NCBI GenBank assembly: GCA_951812955.1
Contig: OX638340.1
Coordinates: 3,104,001 to 3,168,000 of the forward strand
From: an uncultured Gemmatimonadota bacterium
GTDB taxonomy: Bacteria > JAAXHH01
Direction: 5' to 3'
Length of the DNA stretch: 64,000 nt
Shown here: piece after piece, positions 9,852 to 20,400 of the stretch
Position numbering within the stretch: the first letter of the stretch is position 1
How the letters are laid out: each line of letters opens with the position of its first letter
The notes under the pieces: generated by a model
Told to the model about the DNA's origin: nothing
What the model saw: the letters and a program-made list of their open reading frames with translations, nothing else
Database searches by the model: none
Made by a program: the position numbers and the translations under genes

Positions 9852-11018
9852 ATGGCACGCAACGTTAACGTGGGCCTGGTGGGTTATTCGTTCATGGGCA
9901 AGGCGCACAGCCACGCCTTCAAGGACATGTCCTTCTTCTTTCCGGATGCGTCCGGCGTGCCGGTTATGAAGGCCATCTGCGGCCGGAACGAGGAGAACGT
10001 GAAGGGCGCGGCCGCGGAATTCGGCTGGGAAGGTTACGAGACCGACTGGAAGACGCTGGTCGCCCGCGACGACATCGACCTCATCGACGTCTCGACCCCG
10101 GGCGACAGCCACGCGGAGATTGCCATCGCCGCCGCGGAAGCGGGCAAGCACGTCTTCTGCGAGAAACCGCTGGCCAACACCCTATCGGAAGCCCGCGCCA
10201 TGGCCGACGCCGTAAACAGGGCGGGCGTGAAGAGCATGGTGGCCTACAACTATCGCAGGGTGCCCGCCGTCGCGCTGGCGAAGCGGCTTATCGAAGAGGG
10301 GCGCATCGGCCAGGTCTACCACTGGCGCGCCGTATACCTGCAGGACTGGATCATGGACCCCGACTTTCCCCTGGTCTGGCGATTGCAGAAGGAGAAGGCC
10401 GGCTCGGGCCCCCACGGGGACCTGAACGCCCACATCATCGACCTGGCCCGGTATCTCGTCGGCGAGATCACCGAGGTGACCGGCATGCAGGAGACCTTCA
10501 TCAAGGAGCGTCCCATCGCGGAGGAGATCGATGCAGCCCTGGGCGCGAGCGCCGCCACGCGCAAGGGACCGGTGACGGTGGACGACACGACCCTGGCCCT
10601 CGCCCGGTTCGAGAACGGCGCCGTGGGTTCCTTCGAGGCCACGCGCTTCGCCGGCGGCAGGCGCAACGGCAATCGATTCGAGATCAACGGCAGCAAGGGG
10701 TCCATCGCCTTCAACCTGGAGAAGATGAACGAACTGCAGTACTATGACCGGGCAGACGAGGACCACGTGCAGGGCTTTCGCGAGATCATCGTGACCGAAG
10801 GCGCCCATCCCTACATGGACCGGTGGTGGCCGCCGGGACATATCATCGGCTGGGAGCACACTTTCATCCACGAAATCTACGATCTCATGCAGGCCATCGC
10901 CGGCGCCGATGACGACCTGCACCCGGATTTCGACGAGGGGGTCAGGGACCAGGCCGTGCTGGAAGCCATTTCCCTGTCGGCCGAGCACGGCGCCTGGGTC
11001 CGGATCGCCGACCTCTAG
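9852..11018 (+). CDS. Gfo/Idh/MocA-family NAD(P)-dependent oxidoreductase
   Basis: MARNVNVGLVGYSFMGKAHSHAF is the Rossmann start, and the EKP motif (FCEKPLA) marks the family. 388 aa. Confidence 0.85.
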   Translation: MARNVNVGLVGYSFMGKAHSHAFKDMSFFFPDASGVPVMKAICGRNEENVKGAAAEFGWEGYETDWKTLVARDDIDLIDVSTPGDSHAEIAIAAAEAGKHVFCEKPLANTLSEARAMADAVNRAGVKSMVAYNYRRVPAVALAKRLIEEGRIGQVYHWRAVYLQDWIMDPDFPLVWRLQKEKAGSGPHGDLNAHIIDLARYLVGEITEVTGMQETFIKERPIAEEIDAALGASAATRKGPVTVDDTTLALARFENGAVGSFEATRFAGGRRNGNRFEINGSKGSIAFNLEKMNELQYYDRADEDHVQGFREIIVTEGAHPYMDRWWPPGHIIGWEHTFIHEIYDLMQAIAGADDDLHPDFDEGVRDQAVLEAISLSAEHGAWVRIADL

Positions 11019-11121
11019 GCCACCGGCCCGGGAACAGGATACCGGTTGCGTGGGGTCTGTCGTCGACCGGCGACTCCCGCGCCGTACATGCCGTCCATGA
11101 AACTGAAAGGAGCAATCAACC

Positions 11122-12123
11122 ATGTCTCGTCCCGTAACGCTATTCACCGGCCAGTGGGCGGACCTTACGCTGGATACCCTCGCCGGCAAGGCGGCAAGCT
11201 GGGGATTCGACGGACTCGAACTGGCCTGCTGGGGGGATCACTTCGACGTGCGGCAGGGCGCCGAGAGCAAGGCGTACTGCGAGGAACGCAGGGCGTTGCT
11301 CGAAAAGCACGGCCTGCAGATCTTTTCCATTAGCAATCATCTCGCCGGCCAGGCCGTCTGCGACCTGATCGATGCCCGACACGAAGCGATACTGCCGCCT
11401 CATGTCTGGGGCGACGGGGATCCAGAAGGCGTGCGGCAACGCGCGGCCGAGGAAATGAAACTGACCGCCCGGGCCGCCGCCAACATGGGCCTCGGCGTCG
11501 TCAACGGATTCACCGGTTCATCGATCTGGCACCTCCTCTACTCTTTCCCCCCCGTGGACCCGTCGTCCATCGACGCCGGCTTCGACGATTTCGCGGCGCG
11601 CTGGAATCCCATCCTGGACGTATTCGACGAGGTGGGCGTGAAGTACGGACTCGAGGTGCATCCCACGGAAATCGCCTTCGACATCTCCTCGGCCCAAAGG
11701 GCGCTGGACGCCCTGGGCAACCGTGAGGCCTTCGGCTTCAACTACGATCCCAGTCACTTCGGCTACCAGGGCGTGGACTACGTGGAATTCATACGGACCT
11801 TCCGCAATCGCATCTACCACGTGCACATGAAGGACGTCTGGTGGTCGGAGCGGCCGACCCGTGCCGGGGTATTCGGCGGACACGTCAATTTCGGGAATCC
11901 CGACCGCTTCTGGGATTTCAGATCCCTCGGCCGCGGCAGCATCGACTTCGAAGAAATCATCCGCGCGCTCAACGAGATCGGTTACCAGGGCCCCCTCTCC
12001 ATCGAGTGGGAAGATAGCGGCATGGACCGTGAACACGGGGCGGAGGAAGCGTGCGCCTTCACCAAGGGCGTGGATTTTCCTCCTTCCGACGTGGCCTTCG
12101 ACGCAGCCTTCGCCGAAGAATGA
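11122..12123 (+). CDS. Sugar phosphate isomerase/epimerase (xylose isomerase-like TIM barrel)
   Basis: 333 aa. A TIM-barrel AP-endonuclease-2/xylose-isomerase-like pattern is visible ([17 protein letters not shown]...HVHMKD...EWED). Confidence 0.7.
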   Translation: MSRPVTLFTGQWADLTLDTLAGKAASWGFDGLELACWGDHFDVRQGAESKAYCEERRALLEKHGLQIFSISNHLAGQAVCDLIDARHEAILPPHVWGDGDPEGVRQRAAEEMKLTARAAANMGLGVVNGFTGSSIWHLLYSFPPVDPSSIDAGFDDFAARWNPILDVFDEVGVKYGLEVHPTEIAFDISSAQRALDALGNREAFGFNYDPSHFGYQGVDYVEFIRTFRNRIYHVHMKDVWWSERPTRAGVFGGHVNFGNPDRFWDFRSLGRGSIDFEEIIRALNEIGYQGPLSIEWEDSGMDREHGAEEACAFTKGVDFPPSDVAFDAAFAEE

Positions 12124-12127
12124 CCGC

Positions 12128-13888
12128 ATGGCCAAAAAGGCAACGCACGTCGTCGTGGGTGGCAGACAAGAGGGCTCGATGCGAAGATGGTTACACGCCT
12201 TTGCCTGCGCCGCCGCCGTTTTCGCGGCGGCCTGCGGTTCATCGGGTGACGGTCCCGGGGCCGGTACCCAGCCCTCGCGTGTCAACTCGCTGGGCCGGGA
12301 GCTCCCGGCCGACGCCGCTCCGCTGAGTGAGCAGTTCGTCCGGCTGAGCATGCTGGAACCGTCCACCCTGGACGTGGGCATATCCCTCTTCGACGCCCAG
12401 TTTAACGCCTTTCTCTTCGAGTCCCTGCTGGTCTTCGACGAAGACATGGAGATCAGGGGCGCGGCGGCCGAATCCTGGTCCGTGGCGGACGACCACGTGA
12501 CCTGGACTTTCAAGATCCGATCGGGCGCCAAATGGAGCGACGACCGGCCGGTGACCGCCCACGATTTCGAATGGTCCTTCCGCCGACTGCTCGATCCCGC
12601 GCACGCCAACGTATTCGCCTACTTCTACTATCCGATCAAGGGTGCCCGGGCTTTTAATTCGGGGCGGACGAGCGATGCGTCGACGGTCGGCGTCCGGGCG
12701 GTGGACGACAGGACGCTGGTAATCGAAACCGAAGAACCCTGTTCCTATTTCCCCTACATACTGACCTTCTTCACTTCCGTGCCGGCCCCTCGGTGGCAGG
12801 TGGAGAAATACGGGATAGGGTGGACCGAGCCGGAGTACTGCGTGTCCAATTCCACCTGGCGCCTCGCGTCATGGGACAAGAGCGTCGGCATGACCTACAT
12901 GCTGAATCCCCACTATAACGGACCGTGGAAGGGATACCTCGAACGCATCGAGTTCACCTTCATCCTGCCGGGCTGGCGCGGGCTTCCGGCCTACGAAAAC
13001 GGCGAATTCGACCGGATCGCCGTCATGGGCCCCGACTATCACCACGCGCGCATGGATCCCGTCCTGAGCCGAGAGCTGATCACCTATCCCAACTTCGGGA
13101 CTTACTACACGATCTTCAAAACCAGCGAGCCGCCCTTCGACAACATCCGGTTGCGCCAGGCCCTTGCCCACGCCATCGACCGCGATTCCATCTGCAACGT
13201 CGTACTCGGCGGCGGCGCCACGCCCGCCTACGGCATGCTGCCGGAGGGATTCCCCGGTTACCAGGCAGACCGGATCCGGAAGTACCAGGCGTTCGATCCC
13301 GAGTTGGCCCGGAAACGACTGGCTGAAGCCGGCTATCCCGGCGGCAAGGGACTGCCCCCGCTCGAGCTCTGGGTGCGGGGCCAGCCGCCCACCCCCGACG
13401 AATGGAACGTGGTGGTCGCCATGCAGCAAATGTTCGAGGATCATCTGGATATCGAGGTGAACCTGCGCCAGCAGTCAACCAACGCCTTCAACGCCTACAT
13501 GCGTGACCACGAGATCCCGTGGGGGTTCCTCTGGTTCAACATGGATTACCCGGACCCGAGCGACATGATCGCCGTGCCCTGGCGTTCTCAACCCGCGGGA
13601 TCGGGCCGGCAGGACTGGAAGCACGACGAATTCGACCGCCTGGTGGATTCGGCCGCGCGGGAATTCGACAACGAGAAACGGGTGGCCATGTATCAGGACG
13701 CCGAGGTGATCCTGGCGGAGGAGGCCGCGGGCGTGTTCCTGCACAACATGGTCAACGCGACGCTGAGCAAGCCATGGGTCATGGGTATCGAGGAGAACAG
13801 GTATGGCGACCGGCGGTGGAGTGGATTCGCGCCGGCCTACGCCACCCTGTACATCGGGGAGCTGGAAGAAGGATCGGGCCGGAGGTAG
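12128..13888 (+). CDS. ABC transporter substrate-binding protein, family 5 (peptide/oligosaccharide-type), lipoprotein
   Basis: A lipoprotein signal MRRWLHAFACAAAVFAAACGSS is followed by an SBP_bac_5-like body. The first ATG is at 12128; an alternative at 12179 is MRRWL. Confidence 0.8.
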   Translation: MAKKATHVVVGGRQEGSMRRWLHAFACAAAVFAAACGSSGDGPGAGTQPSRVNSLGRELPADAAPLSEQFVRLSMLEPSTLDVGISLFDAQFNAFLFESLLVFDEDMEIRGAAAESWSVADDHVTWTFKIRSGAKWSDDRPVTAHDFEWSFRRLLDPAHANVFAYFYYPIKGARAFNSGRTSDASTVGVRAVDDRTLVIETEEPCSYFPYILTFFTSVPAPRWQVEKYGIGWTEPEYCVSNSTWRLASWDKSVGMTYMLNPHYNGPWKGYLERIEFTFILPGWRGLPAYENGEFDRIAVMGPDYHHARMDPVLSRELITYPNFGTYYTIFKTSEPPFDNIRLRQALAHAIDRDSICNVVLGGGATPAYGMLPEGFPGYQADRIRKYQAFDPELARKRLAEAGYPGGKGLPPLELWVRGQPPTPDEWNVVVAMQQMFEDHLDIEVNLRQQSTNAFNAYMRDHEIPWGFLWFNMDYPDPSDMIAVPWRSQPAGSGRQDWKHDEFDRLVDSAAREFDNEKRVAMYQDAEVILAEEAAGVFLHNMVNATLSKPWVMGIEENRYGDRRWSGFAPAYATLYIGELEEGSGRR

Positions 13889-13891
13889 GGA

Positions 13892-14773
13892 TCAGGAAAG
13901 GGGGTCCAGGTCGAAACCTGATTCGGGCCGGATCCGTTCCGCGCCTTCCGGCCAGTCCACGGGCCATTCCCAGCCCGGGATTTCCAGGCTTTCCGCCCGA
14001 ACGCGGTGCGCGGCGGCCCGCCGATGCACGCCCGGCGGCGCCTCGCTGACTGCTGAGCTGTGGAGCATGGTGGGATAGTAAAAGGTGACGCTCCCCTCGC
14101 CCGCAATGCTGTCGACGGCCTCGTGCTCGTGCGCGGCGACGTAGTCCGCCAGGCCGCCCGATTCGCCTGCCAGTTCGAGGGGTCCTTCGAGATAGGAGCC
14201 GGGGAGGACCTTCATGGCGCCGTTCTCGATAGTCTGCGGGTCCACGTTGATGCGGACGATGATGGTCTTCCGGAAGTAGTCTTCCTGCCAATCGATGTGG
14301 TCCGGGCGTACGTGCACGTGGCCGAACTGGGTCCAGTAGCCGCCGAGATCGACTTCCCGTCCCTTCGGCGGATCGACGATGAAGAAGGTGTCCTGGTGCC
14401 AGCCTATCTCCGCGTCCCCGCCGGCCACCTTGTCGAACATCGTGCCGATGCTCGCGTGCCGGACCGGTTCCCCCAGCGTGCGCTCCAGCACGCTTACGAT
14501 GGCGGGATGCCGGGAAAACCGGAGTCCGCCTTCGCAAACGGCATAGAGTTCCCATAGCAGCCAGACCGTGTCCTTCGACTTCCCAAGAAGCTTGTCTGTC
14601 GGCCGGCCCTTGTACTCATCGACGCGGTTCGCTTCCGCGATCGTCCGGTCCAGGAGCCCCCGGAACGTACGCATCTCTTCCGCCGAGAATACGCCTTCGA
14701 CGGTCACGATGCCTTGCGTTTTCAGTTCCTCTGTCGCGTCCTGCAAATCGAGGGCGGTTTTAACGTGGTTCAT
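13892..14773 (-). CDS. Phytanoyl-CoA dioxygenase (PhyH)-family Fe(II)/2-oxoglutarate oxygenase
   Basis: 293 aa with a GWHQDTFF (HxD) motif and a jelly-roll-like C-terminus. The family assignment comes from pattern recall only. Confidence 0.55.
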   Translation of the reverse strand: MNHVKTALDLQDATEELKTQGIVTVEGVFSAEEMRTFRGLLDRTIAEANRVDEYKGRPTDKLLGKSKDTVWLLWELYAVCEGGLRFSRHPAIVSVLERTLGEPVRHASIGTMFDKVAGGDAEIGWHQDTFFIVDPPKGREVDLGGYWTQFGHVHVRPDHIDWQEDYFRKTIIVRINVDPQTIENGAMKVLPGSYLEGPLELAGESGGLADYVAAHEHEAVDSIAGEGSVTFYYPTMLHSSAVSEAPPGVHRRAAAHRVRAESLEIPGWEWPVDWPEGAERIRPESGFDLDPLS

Positions 14774-14800
14774 GGTTTCACTTCCAGTGTGGGCCGGGCG

Positions 14801-16522
14801 CTAACGGTTCAATCTGAGCGTTATGTCTTCGGTCTCCCATCCGGAGCGAATCTCCAGGGTATCCGGATGGACCATGGACCGCTCGGCGGGAACGAAGGGC
14901 AGGGCGGTGCCGTAATCATATCTTCCATTTCCATTCGCGTCGCGGTATGCTTGCAGGATATATCGACCCGGCATGACACTGTCAAACCTGAAATCACCCG
15001 GTCCGGCCAGATCGATTTCCGATGAGGCGTCCGATTGCCGTTCCCGGTAAAGGGAGATCCACACGGGACCCGTTCCCTCCGGGTCTTCGTCCTCGAACAT
15101 TCCCGACAGCGAACCGTATTCCGCGGGGTCGATGGTAGAGAAGGAATATGCGAGCGTATCGGGACGGTCGCCCGTGGCCTGCAGCGGCTGGCCGTATCCA
15201 TTCTCGACCAGGACGGCCAGTACGAGGATCTCGTATTCCGCGCTCGGTTGCAGCAGGGAGTCGGGCCGCATCGCGGCGATCGTGGAGGAGATCAATCGAA
15301 GATCCCCTCCGACATCACGTCCAGTGGAGTCCCTAAGGACCACGGCGTGCTCCTCCAGGGAGACCGGTTCGTTGAAGGAAAACCGAAGCTCGACAGACTG
15401 CGCGACATCCCGCGATCGGTCGTCCGGATGAACTTCCAGAAGCCTCGGCGATGGCATGTTCTCGACGGACGACCCGGTGAACTCCGCCGTGTTCTCCGTT
15501 GAGTCGATCGGTTCCGCCCAGTTGTCTTCCAGTCCGCTCACGGTCAGCAGGTAAACCCGGTCTCGGACCTGGGGCGCCGTGGTCAGTACGATGGTCGACG
15601 AATCCGCCGGATCCCGATACGCGGACAGGACCTCGAGGCGCTCTCCTTCCTCCACGCCGGTGATCGTATAGGCGTCGAGGTCCCGGACCCGGTCGCCCCG
15701 TGGCGCCTCGCTCAGGAACACACTCAGTTCGCGCATGTGGGAAGGACGGGCGGAGACCACGTGCATCGAGGCCGTGTCGTTCACGGCCAGTCGGAACCAC
15801 AAGGGACCGTCCGACATGAACTCTTCCGACAGGTCGACGTCCCGGGTGGGTATGCCGACGGGATCCGTATCCGCGTCGTAGAGACGGTCTCTGCCCTGGT
15901 CCAGGAATGTGAAAAACCGGTAGCGGTCCGCCGAAAGATTGGTAAAATTGAAAGTGCCATCCCTGCCCGCCTGGGTCAGGTAGTCCGGGGTCGTGCCGGC
16001 CGGGTTCGGATTCGGCTTTCCGGTAAGGCTGTAGGCCCAGACGTACGCGTTCCTGGCGGGAAGGCCCTCATGGACCGCGAGGCCGCCCACCTCCCCCTGT
16101 TCGATGTTCGGGCCGGTCGACAGCGCATATACATAGGTGGAATCCATGCGGTTGCTCCGCATGTCCCTTATGCCTGTACCCACCGTGATGATATAGGTTC
16201 TTTCCTCAAGCAGGGGCTCTTCGAACCGGACCGTGATCCGGTCACCCTGCCAGTTCGATTCGGCTTCGAATTCCACGATAGGCGCGATGAAGAGGTTGCC
16301 CTCGATGGAGCGGGGCTCGATGCGTTCGTTGAAGGTCAGCGACGGGGAAACGTCCAGCGGCACGTGGGTCGAACCCGTCGGCGGATCGGTTTCCACCACG
16401 TAAGGCGGAAAACGGTCGCGTGGACCGCCGGGCGGCAGGCCTTCACGGGCGCAGGCCATGCCAGCCATAACGGCCAGGCCGGCCGGAAGCATCAGAGCGA
16501 TAATGACCAGCGTCCCGTTCAT
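14801..16522 (-). CDS. Secreted Ig-like / carboxypeptidase-regulatory-like domain protein
   Basis: 573 aa. The N-terminal signal is MNGTLVIIALMLPAGLAVMAGMACA. It is rich in beta-sandwich-like repeats and no catalytic motif was recognised. Confidence 0.45.
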   Translation of the reverse strand: MNGTLVIIALMLPAGLAVMAGMACAREGLPPGGPRDRFPPYVVETDPPTGSTHVPLDVSPSLTFNERIEPRSIEGNLFIAPIVEFEAESNWQGDRITVRFEEPLLEERTYIITVGTGIRDMRSNRMDSTYVYALSTGPNIEQGEVGGLAVHEGLPARNAYVWAYSLTGKPNPNPAGTTPDYLTQAGRDGTFNFTNLSADRYRFFTFLDQGRDRLYDADTDPVGIPTRDVDLSEEFMSDGPLWFRLAVNDTASMHVVSARPSHMRELSVFLSEAPRGDRVRDLDAYTITGVEEGERLEVLSAYRDPADSSTIVLTTAPQVRDRVYLLTVSGLEDNWAEPIDSTENTAEFTGSSVENMPSPRLLEVHPDDRSRDVAQSVELRFSFNEPVSLEEHAVVLRDSTGRDVGGDLRLISSTIAAMRPDSLLQPSAEYEILVLAVLVENGYGQPLQATGDRPDTLAYSFSTIDPAEYGSLSGMFEDEDPEGTGPVWISLYRERQSDASSEIDLAGPGDFRFDSVMPGRYILQAYRDANGNGRYDYGTALPFVPAERSMVHPDTLEIRSGWETEDITLRLNR

Positions 16523-16525
16523 AGA

Positions 16526-17419
16526 TCACGCACGAGGATGCGCTTCTTCATACATTTTTTTGAGTCGGTCGAGGGCGACGTGAGTATATACCTGCGTGGT
16601 CGAAAGCCGTTCGTGACCGAGCAGTTCCTTGACGGCCAGCAGATCCGCTCCGGCGTCAAGCAGGTGTGTGGCGGTCGTATGTCGGAGCATGTGGGGCGTC
16701 AATCCCGGCTGGCTTATCCTGAGACCGTATCTCGCCAGGATATACTGGACCCCTCGGCCCGTCAGCCTGCGGCCGTGTTGATTCAGCAGCAGCGCGGCCG
16801 TTTCTTCCCGCTTCGCCTTGATCAGTAGGGGCCGGGCGTTCAAATAGGATTCCAGCGCGGCCAGGGCCTGCCCCCCCAGTGGCACGATGCGTTCCTTGTC
16901 TCCCTTCCCGATCACGCGGATCCGTTCTTCCGTCAGTTCGATCGCGCCGATGTCGAGTCCTACGAGTTCCGATAGACGCATGCCCGCACCGTAGAGGAGT
17001 TCCAGGATGACCGCGTCCCGCAGACCGAGCACCTGGCCGCGGTCGGGCTGGCCGAGCAGTGCTTCCACCTGGCCTCTATCCAGGAACCGGGGCAGGTGTC
17101 GGTCCCATTTCGGCGTGGTCAGATAGACGCACGGATTCGAGGAAACGGCTCCTTCCCTGCAGAGGAAGTGGAAAAAGGACCGCACGGCCGCGAATCGACG
17201 CGCGATGGTCCGTCTGCTGAAGCCTTCCCGGTGCAAATGGCGGAGGAACGCCCGCACCACGGACTTGTCGATTGAATCCGGAACCGGAGGTTCTGTGCCG
17301 TGTTCGGAGAGGAAAGACTGGAATTGGGCCAGGTCGCCGGCATAGGCCGACAGGGTATGCCGGGAGTAATTCCGCTCGATCTCGAGATGGTCGAGGAATT
17401 CGCTAACCAGTTTCTCCAT
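16526..17419 (-). CDS. xerC: Tyrosine recombinase XerC/XerD family (XerC-like)
   Basis: 297 aa. AVILELLYGAGMRLSELVGLDI...MLRHTTATHLL...LLGHERLSTTQVYTHV carries the catalytic R-H-R-Y residues. The C-terminus EEAHPRA resembles XerC. Confidence 0.8.
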   Translation of the reverse strand: MEKLVSEFLDHLEIERNYSRHTLSAYAGDLAQFQSFLSEHGTEPPVPDSIDKSVVRAFLRHLHREGFSRRTIARRFAAVRSFFHFLCREGAVSSNPCVYLTTPKWDRHLPRFLDRGQVEALLGQPDRGQVLGLRDAVILELLYGAGMRLSELVGLDIGAIELTEERIRVIGKGDKERIVPLGGQALAALESYLNARPLLIKAKREETAALLLNQHGRRLTGRGVQYILARYGLRISQPGLTPHMLRHTTATHLLDAGADLLAVKELLGHERLSTTQVYTHVALDRLKKMYEEAHPRA

Positions 17420-17425
17420 GATCGG

Positions 17426-19738
17426 TCAAGCCTCCTGGAGCGTCTGTCCCGCCTGGTCCGCTTCGTCCGCCTGGTCGGCTTCGTTCGCCTGGTTGGAACC
17501 GGAGGGCGGCTGCTCGGTGGGCCGGACCCGATGCTTGCACGACGGGCACTGCAGCGCCGAGCGGCCGGACCTTTCCTGTTTCTCGACCATGAGGGGATAG
17601 TCGCATCGTGGACAACGGCGATCGACCGGGGTGTCCCACACCACGAAACGGCACGAGGGGTATTTGCTGCAACCGTAGAAATTCCGGCCCTTCTGCGAAC
17701 GGCGGGCAGTAAGGAATCCGTCGCAGCCTTCTTCCGGACAGTCGACTCCGATGTTGACCGGCCGCGTCTCCCGGCAGCGAGGATATCCGCTGCACGCAAG
17801 GAACGGACCGTATCGACCCGTCTTCACGACCATTTTCTCGCCGCATTTCCCGCATTCTTCGTCGGAGTTCATGCCGGCGTTCTCGTCTTCGTTCACCGGC
17901 CGGGTATTCCTGCACGCGGGAAATCCCCCGCATGCCATGAACCGGCCGTTTCTGCCCCACCTGATTAACATGGGTTTGCCGCATTTCTCGCAGGTCTCGT
18001 CCGTTTCCTCCGTCAACGTGCTCTTCAGCTCCGATCGCTGGGCGTTCACGGACTGCAGCCGCTCATTGAAGGGCTGGTAGAAATCCACCAGTGTGCCGGT
18101 CCATTCCAGTTCACCCGTTTCGATGCGGTCCAGCGCGTCCTCCATCCTGGCAGTAAACGCCACGTTGAACAGGTCCGGGAAGGCCAGGACCAGGATTCTG
18201 TTCACGGCCATGCCCAGGTCCGAAGGCGTGAACCGGCCCTGCTTCATGGCCGCGTACTTGCGCATGCGCAGCGTGCTGATGATCTGGGCGTACGTGCTGG
18301 GCCGGCCGATCTGTCTGACCTCGAGTTCCTTGACGAGACTCGCCTCAGTGTACCTGGGCGGAGGCTGGGTAAAATGTTGCCTGGGCTCAAGTCTCTCCAG
18401 CGCGAGTTTTTCGTCCTTACTCAATACGGGCAGGGACTTTTCGTCATCTTTCTTTTCATCGTCTTCGTCGACCGGTTCTTCGTAGGCCTTCAGGAATCCC
18501 GCGAAGGTCGGCACGGTACCCGTGGCGCGAAACTGGTACTTCCCGGACCGAACGTCCACGGTAGTCACGTCAAAACGAGCCGGACGCATCTGGGAGGCCA
18601 CGAAGCGCAGCCAGATCAATTCGTACAGCTTGTACTGGTCCGTCGTCAGGAAGGGTTTCATCTTCTCCGGACTGCGGTCCGCCGCCGTGGGCCGGATCGC
18701 TTCGTGGGCGTCCTGGACCCCCGGTTTGGTCTTGAATTTCCTGGGTTTGGCCGGTACGTACTCGGCGCCGTAGACCCGGCCGATCAGGTCCCGGACGGCC
18801 TCGACCGCTTCATCCACGATACGGGTCGAGTCCGTCCTCATGTAGGTAATCAGCCCGATAGATCCCTCGTCGCCCAGATCGATGCCTTCGTAAAGTTGCT
18901 GGGCGATCATCATGGTCTTCTGGGTGGTGAACCGAAGGCGTCTGGACGCGTCCTGCTGCAGGGTGCTGGTGATGAAGGGCGGATATGGGTTGCGCTTCGT
19001 GTGCTTCCTGGCGATGTCCTCGATCCCGAAGGTATTCCCGCGCAAGTCCTCGATCAGGTCCCGGGCCGACTTCTCGTCGGGTATGAGGAACTTCTCTCCG
19101 TCCACGCGGATCAATTTCACCGGGAATTCATCATCCCGCTCCGTCCGGAGGTGGGCCGTTATGGACCAGTACTCTTCGACCTTGAACTTCTCGATCTCCG
19201 TTTCCCGTTCACATATCAGCCGCAACGCCACCGACTGGACCCGGCCCGCGCTCAGTCCTCCGGTGATCGTCTTCCATAGAAAGGGGCTGACCTGGTATCC
19301 GACGAGACGATCCATTACGCGTCGCGCCTGTTGGGCATTGACTTTCTGCATGTCGATGGGCACGGGTTTGTCGATCGCCGTCCGCACCGCCTGGGGGGTT
19401 ATTTCGTGGAAGAGCACCCTCCCCACCTCTTTCTTGCCGTTGCTCAGTTGGCTGGCCACGTGCCAGGCTATGGCTTCGCCTTCCCGGTCTGGGTCCGTCG
19501 CGAGAAAGATCTGGTCGGCCGAACGCGCCGCGCTGCGCAGGTCTTTCACGACCTTTTCCTTTCCCGGAATCGTGACATACTCGGGCTGGAAGTCGTTTTT
19601 TACGTCTACGCCCAGGCTCTTGGGCGGCAGGTCCCGGACATGGCCCACGGACGCCATGATCTGGAAATCCTTGCCCAGGTACTTCTTGATCGTACGGGCC
19701 TTGGCCGGAGATTCCACGATGACAAGGGATTTAGGCAT
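17426..19738 (-). CDS. topA: DNA topoisomerase I
   Basis: 770 aa starting MPKSLVIVESPAKARTIKKYLGKDF... (Toprim domain), with C-terminal Cys4 zinc ribbons. The acidic tail EADQADEADQAGQ is encoded by a 12-bp tandem repeat at 17440-17500. Confidence 0.95.
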   Translation of the reverse strand: MPKSLVIVESPAKARTIKKYLGKDFQIMASVGHVRDLPPKSLGVDVKNDFQPEYVTIPGKEKVVKDLRSAARSADQIFLATDPDREGEAIAWHVASQLSNGKKEVGRVLFHEITPQAVRTAIDKPVPIDMQKVNAQQARRVMDRLVGYQVSPFLWKTITGGLSAGRVQSVALRLICERETEIEKFKVEEYWSITAHLRTERDDEFPVKLIRVDGEKFLIPDEKSARDLIEDLRGNTFGIEDIARKHTKRNPYPPFITSTLQQDASRRLRFTTQKTMMIAQQLYEGIDLGDEGSIGLITYMRTDSTRIVDEAVEAVRDLIGRVYGAEYVPAKPRKFKTKPGVQDAHEAIRPTAADRSPEKMKPFLTTDQYKLYELIWLRFVASQMRPARFDVTTVDVRSGKYQFRATGTVPTFAGFLKAYEEPVDEDDEKKDDEKSLPVLSKDEKLALERLEPRQHFTQPPPRYTEASLVKELEVRQIGRPSTYAQIISTLRMRKYAAMKQGRFTPSDLGMAVNRILVLAFPDLFNVAFTARMEDALDRIETGELEWTGTLVDFYQPFNERLQSVNAQRSELKSTLTEETDETCEKCGKPMLIRWGRNGRFMACGGFPACRNTRPVNEDENAGMNSDEECGKCGEKMVVKTGRYGPFLACSGYPRCRETRPVNIGVDCPEEGCDGFLTARRSQKGRNFYGCSKYPSCRFVVWDTPVDRRCPRCDYPLMVEKQERSGRSALQCPSCKHRVRPTEQPPSGSNQANEADQADEADQAGQTLQEA

Positions 19739-19783
19739 AGTATTTTGTTGACTGGATGAAGTTTGGGACCCGGGCGGACGGCC

Positions 19784-20254
19784 TCAGTTGCCGATAATGC
19801 CTTCTTCGAGGTCGTCGGGCAACCAGATCATGACCTGGCCCGATTCCGATTCAAGCAGGATCGGGGCGGCAATGGTCTTGATGTCTTCCCGGGTGACGGA
19901 ACGGGCGCCGGTCAGCATGGCCCGTTCGATGATCAGTTCGGTCTGCGTGTCGTTAATGAGGCCCAGCTCCCGGAGTTCAAGGAGATAGCCATACGCGTCC
20001 GGCTGGATCATCAGCTGTTCCACGGCGTGCAGTATGCGGTTGGGTTTGGGTTGAAGCGGCAGGGTCGGATCGATCACGACTTCCGCCTGCGCCTGGAGGC
20101 GTTCGAACAGCCAGGCGAATGCCGTGTTGACCTCCTGCTGGGTATAGCCGTGTCCGACCAGGGTCTGCGAGACATCGGCGATGTCGTTGAAGCGGCCTTT
20201 CTCATCCTGCATGTGCTTCATCAGGAAAACGATGATTTCCATCACTTTTTCCAT
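19784..20254 (-). CDS. smg: Smg (DUF494) family protein
   Basis: A start at the internal ATG (MEKVMEIIVFLMKHM) has a GGAGAG RBS. The protein is about 156 aa and collinear with E. coli Smg. It sits immediately downstream of topA. Confidence 0.7.
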   Translation of the reverse strand: MEKVMEIIVFLMKHMQDEKGRFNDIADVSQTLVGHGYTQQEVNTAFAWLFERLQAQAEVVIDPTLPLQPKPNRILHAVEQLMIQPDAYGYLLELRELGLINDTQTELIIERAMLTGARSVTREDIKTIAAPILLESESGQVMIWLPDDLEEGIIGN

Positions 20255-20400
20255 GATTCTCTCCTGAAGGAATGCGAAGATGGTATAAGGACCGGGCCGA
20301 AGAACGACCCCCGGCTGTTCAGTGCACTTCCGGTTTTCGATGTCCAAATCTAATCTTTCAGGGGGTCTCATGCAAGTGTTTTTCCCGGTCCTGGATGCCA

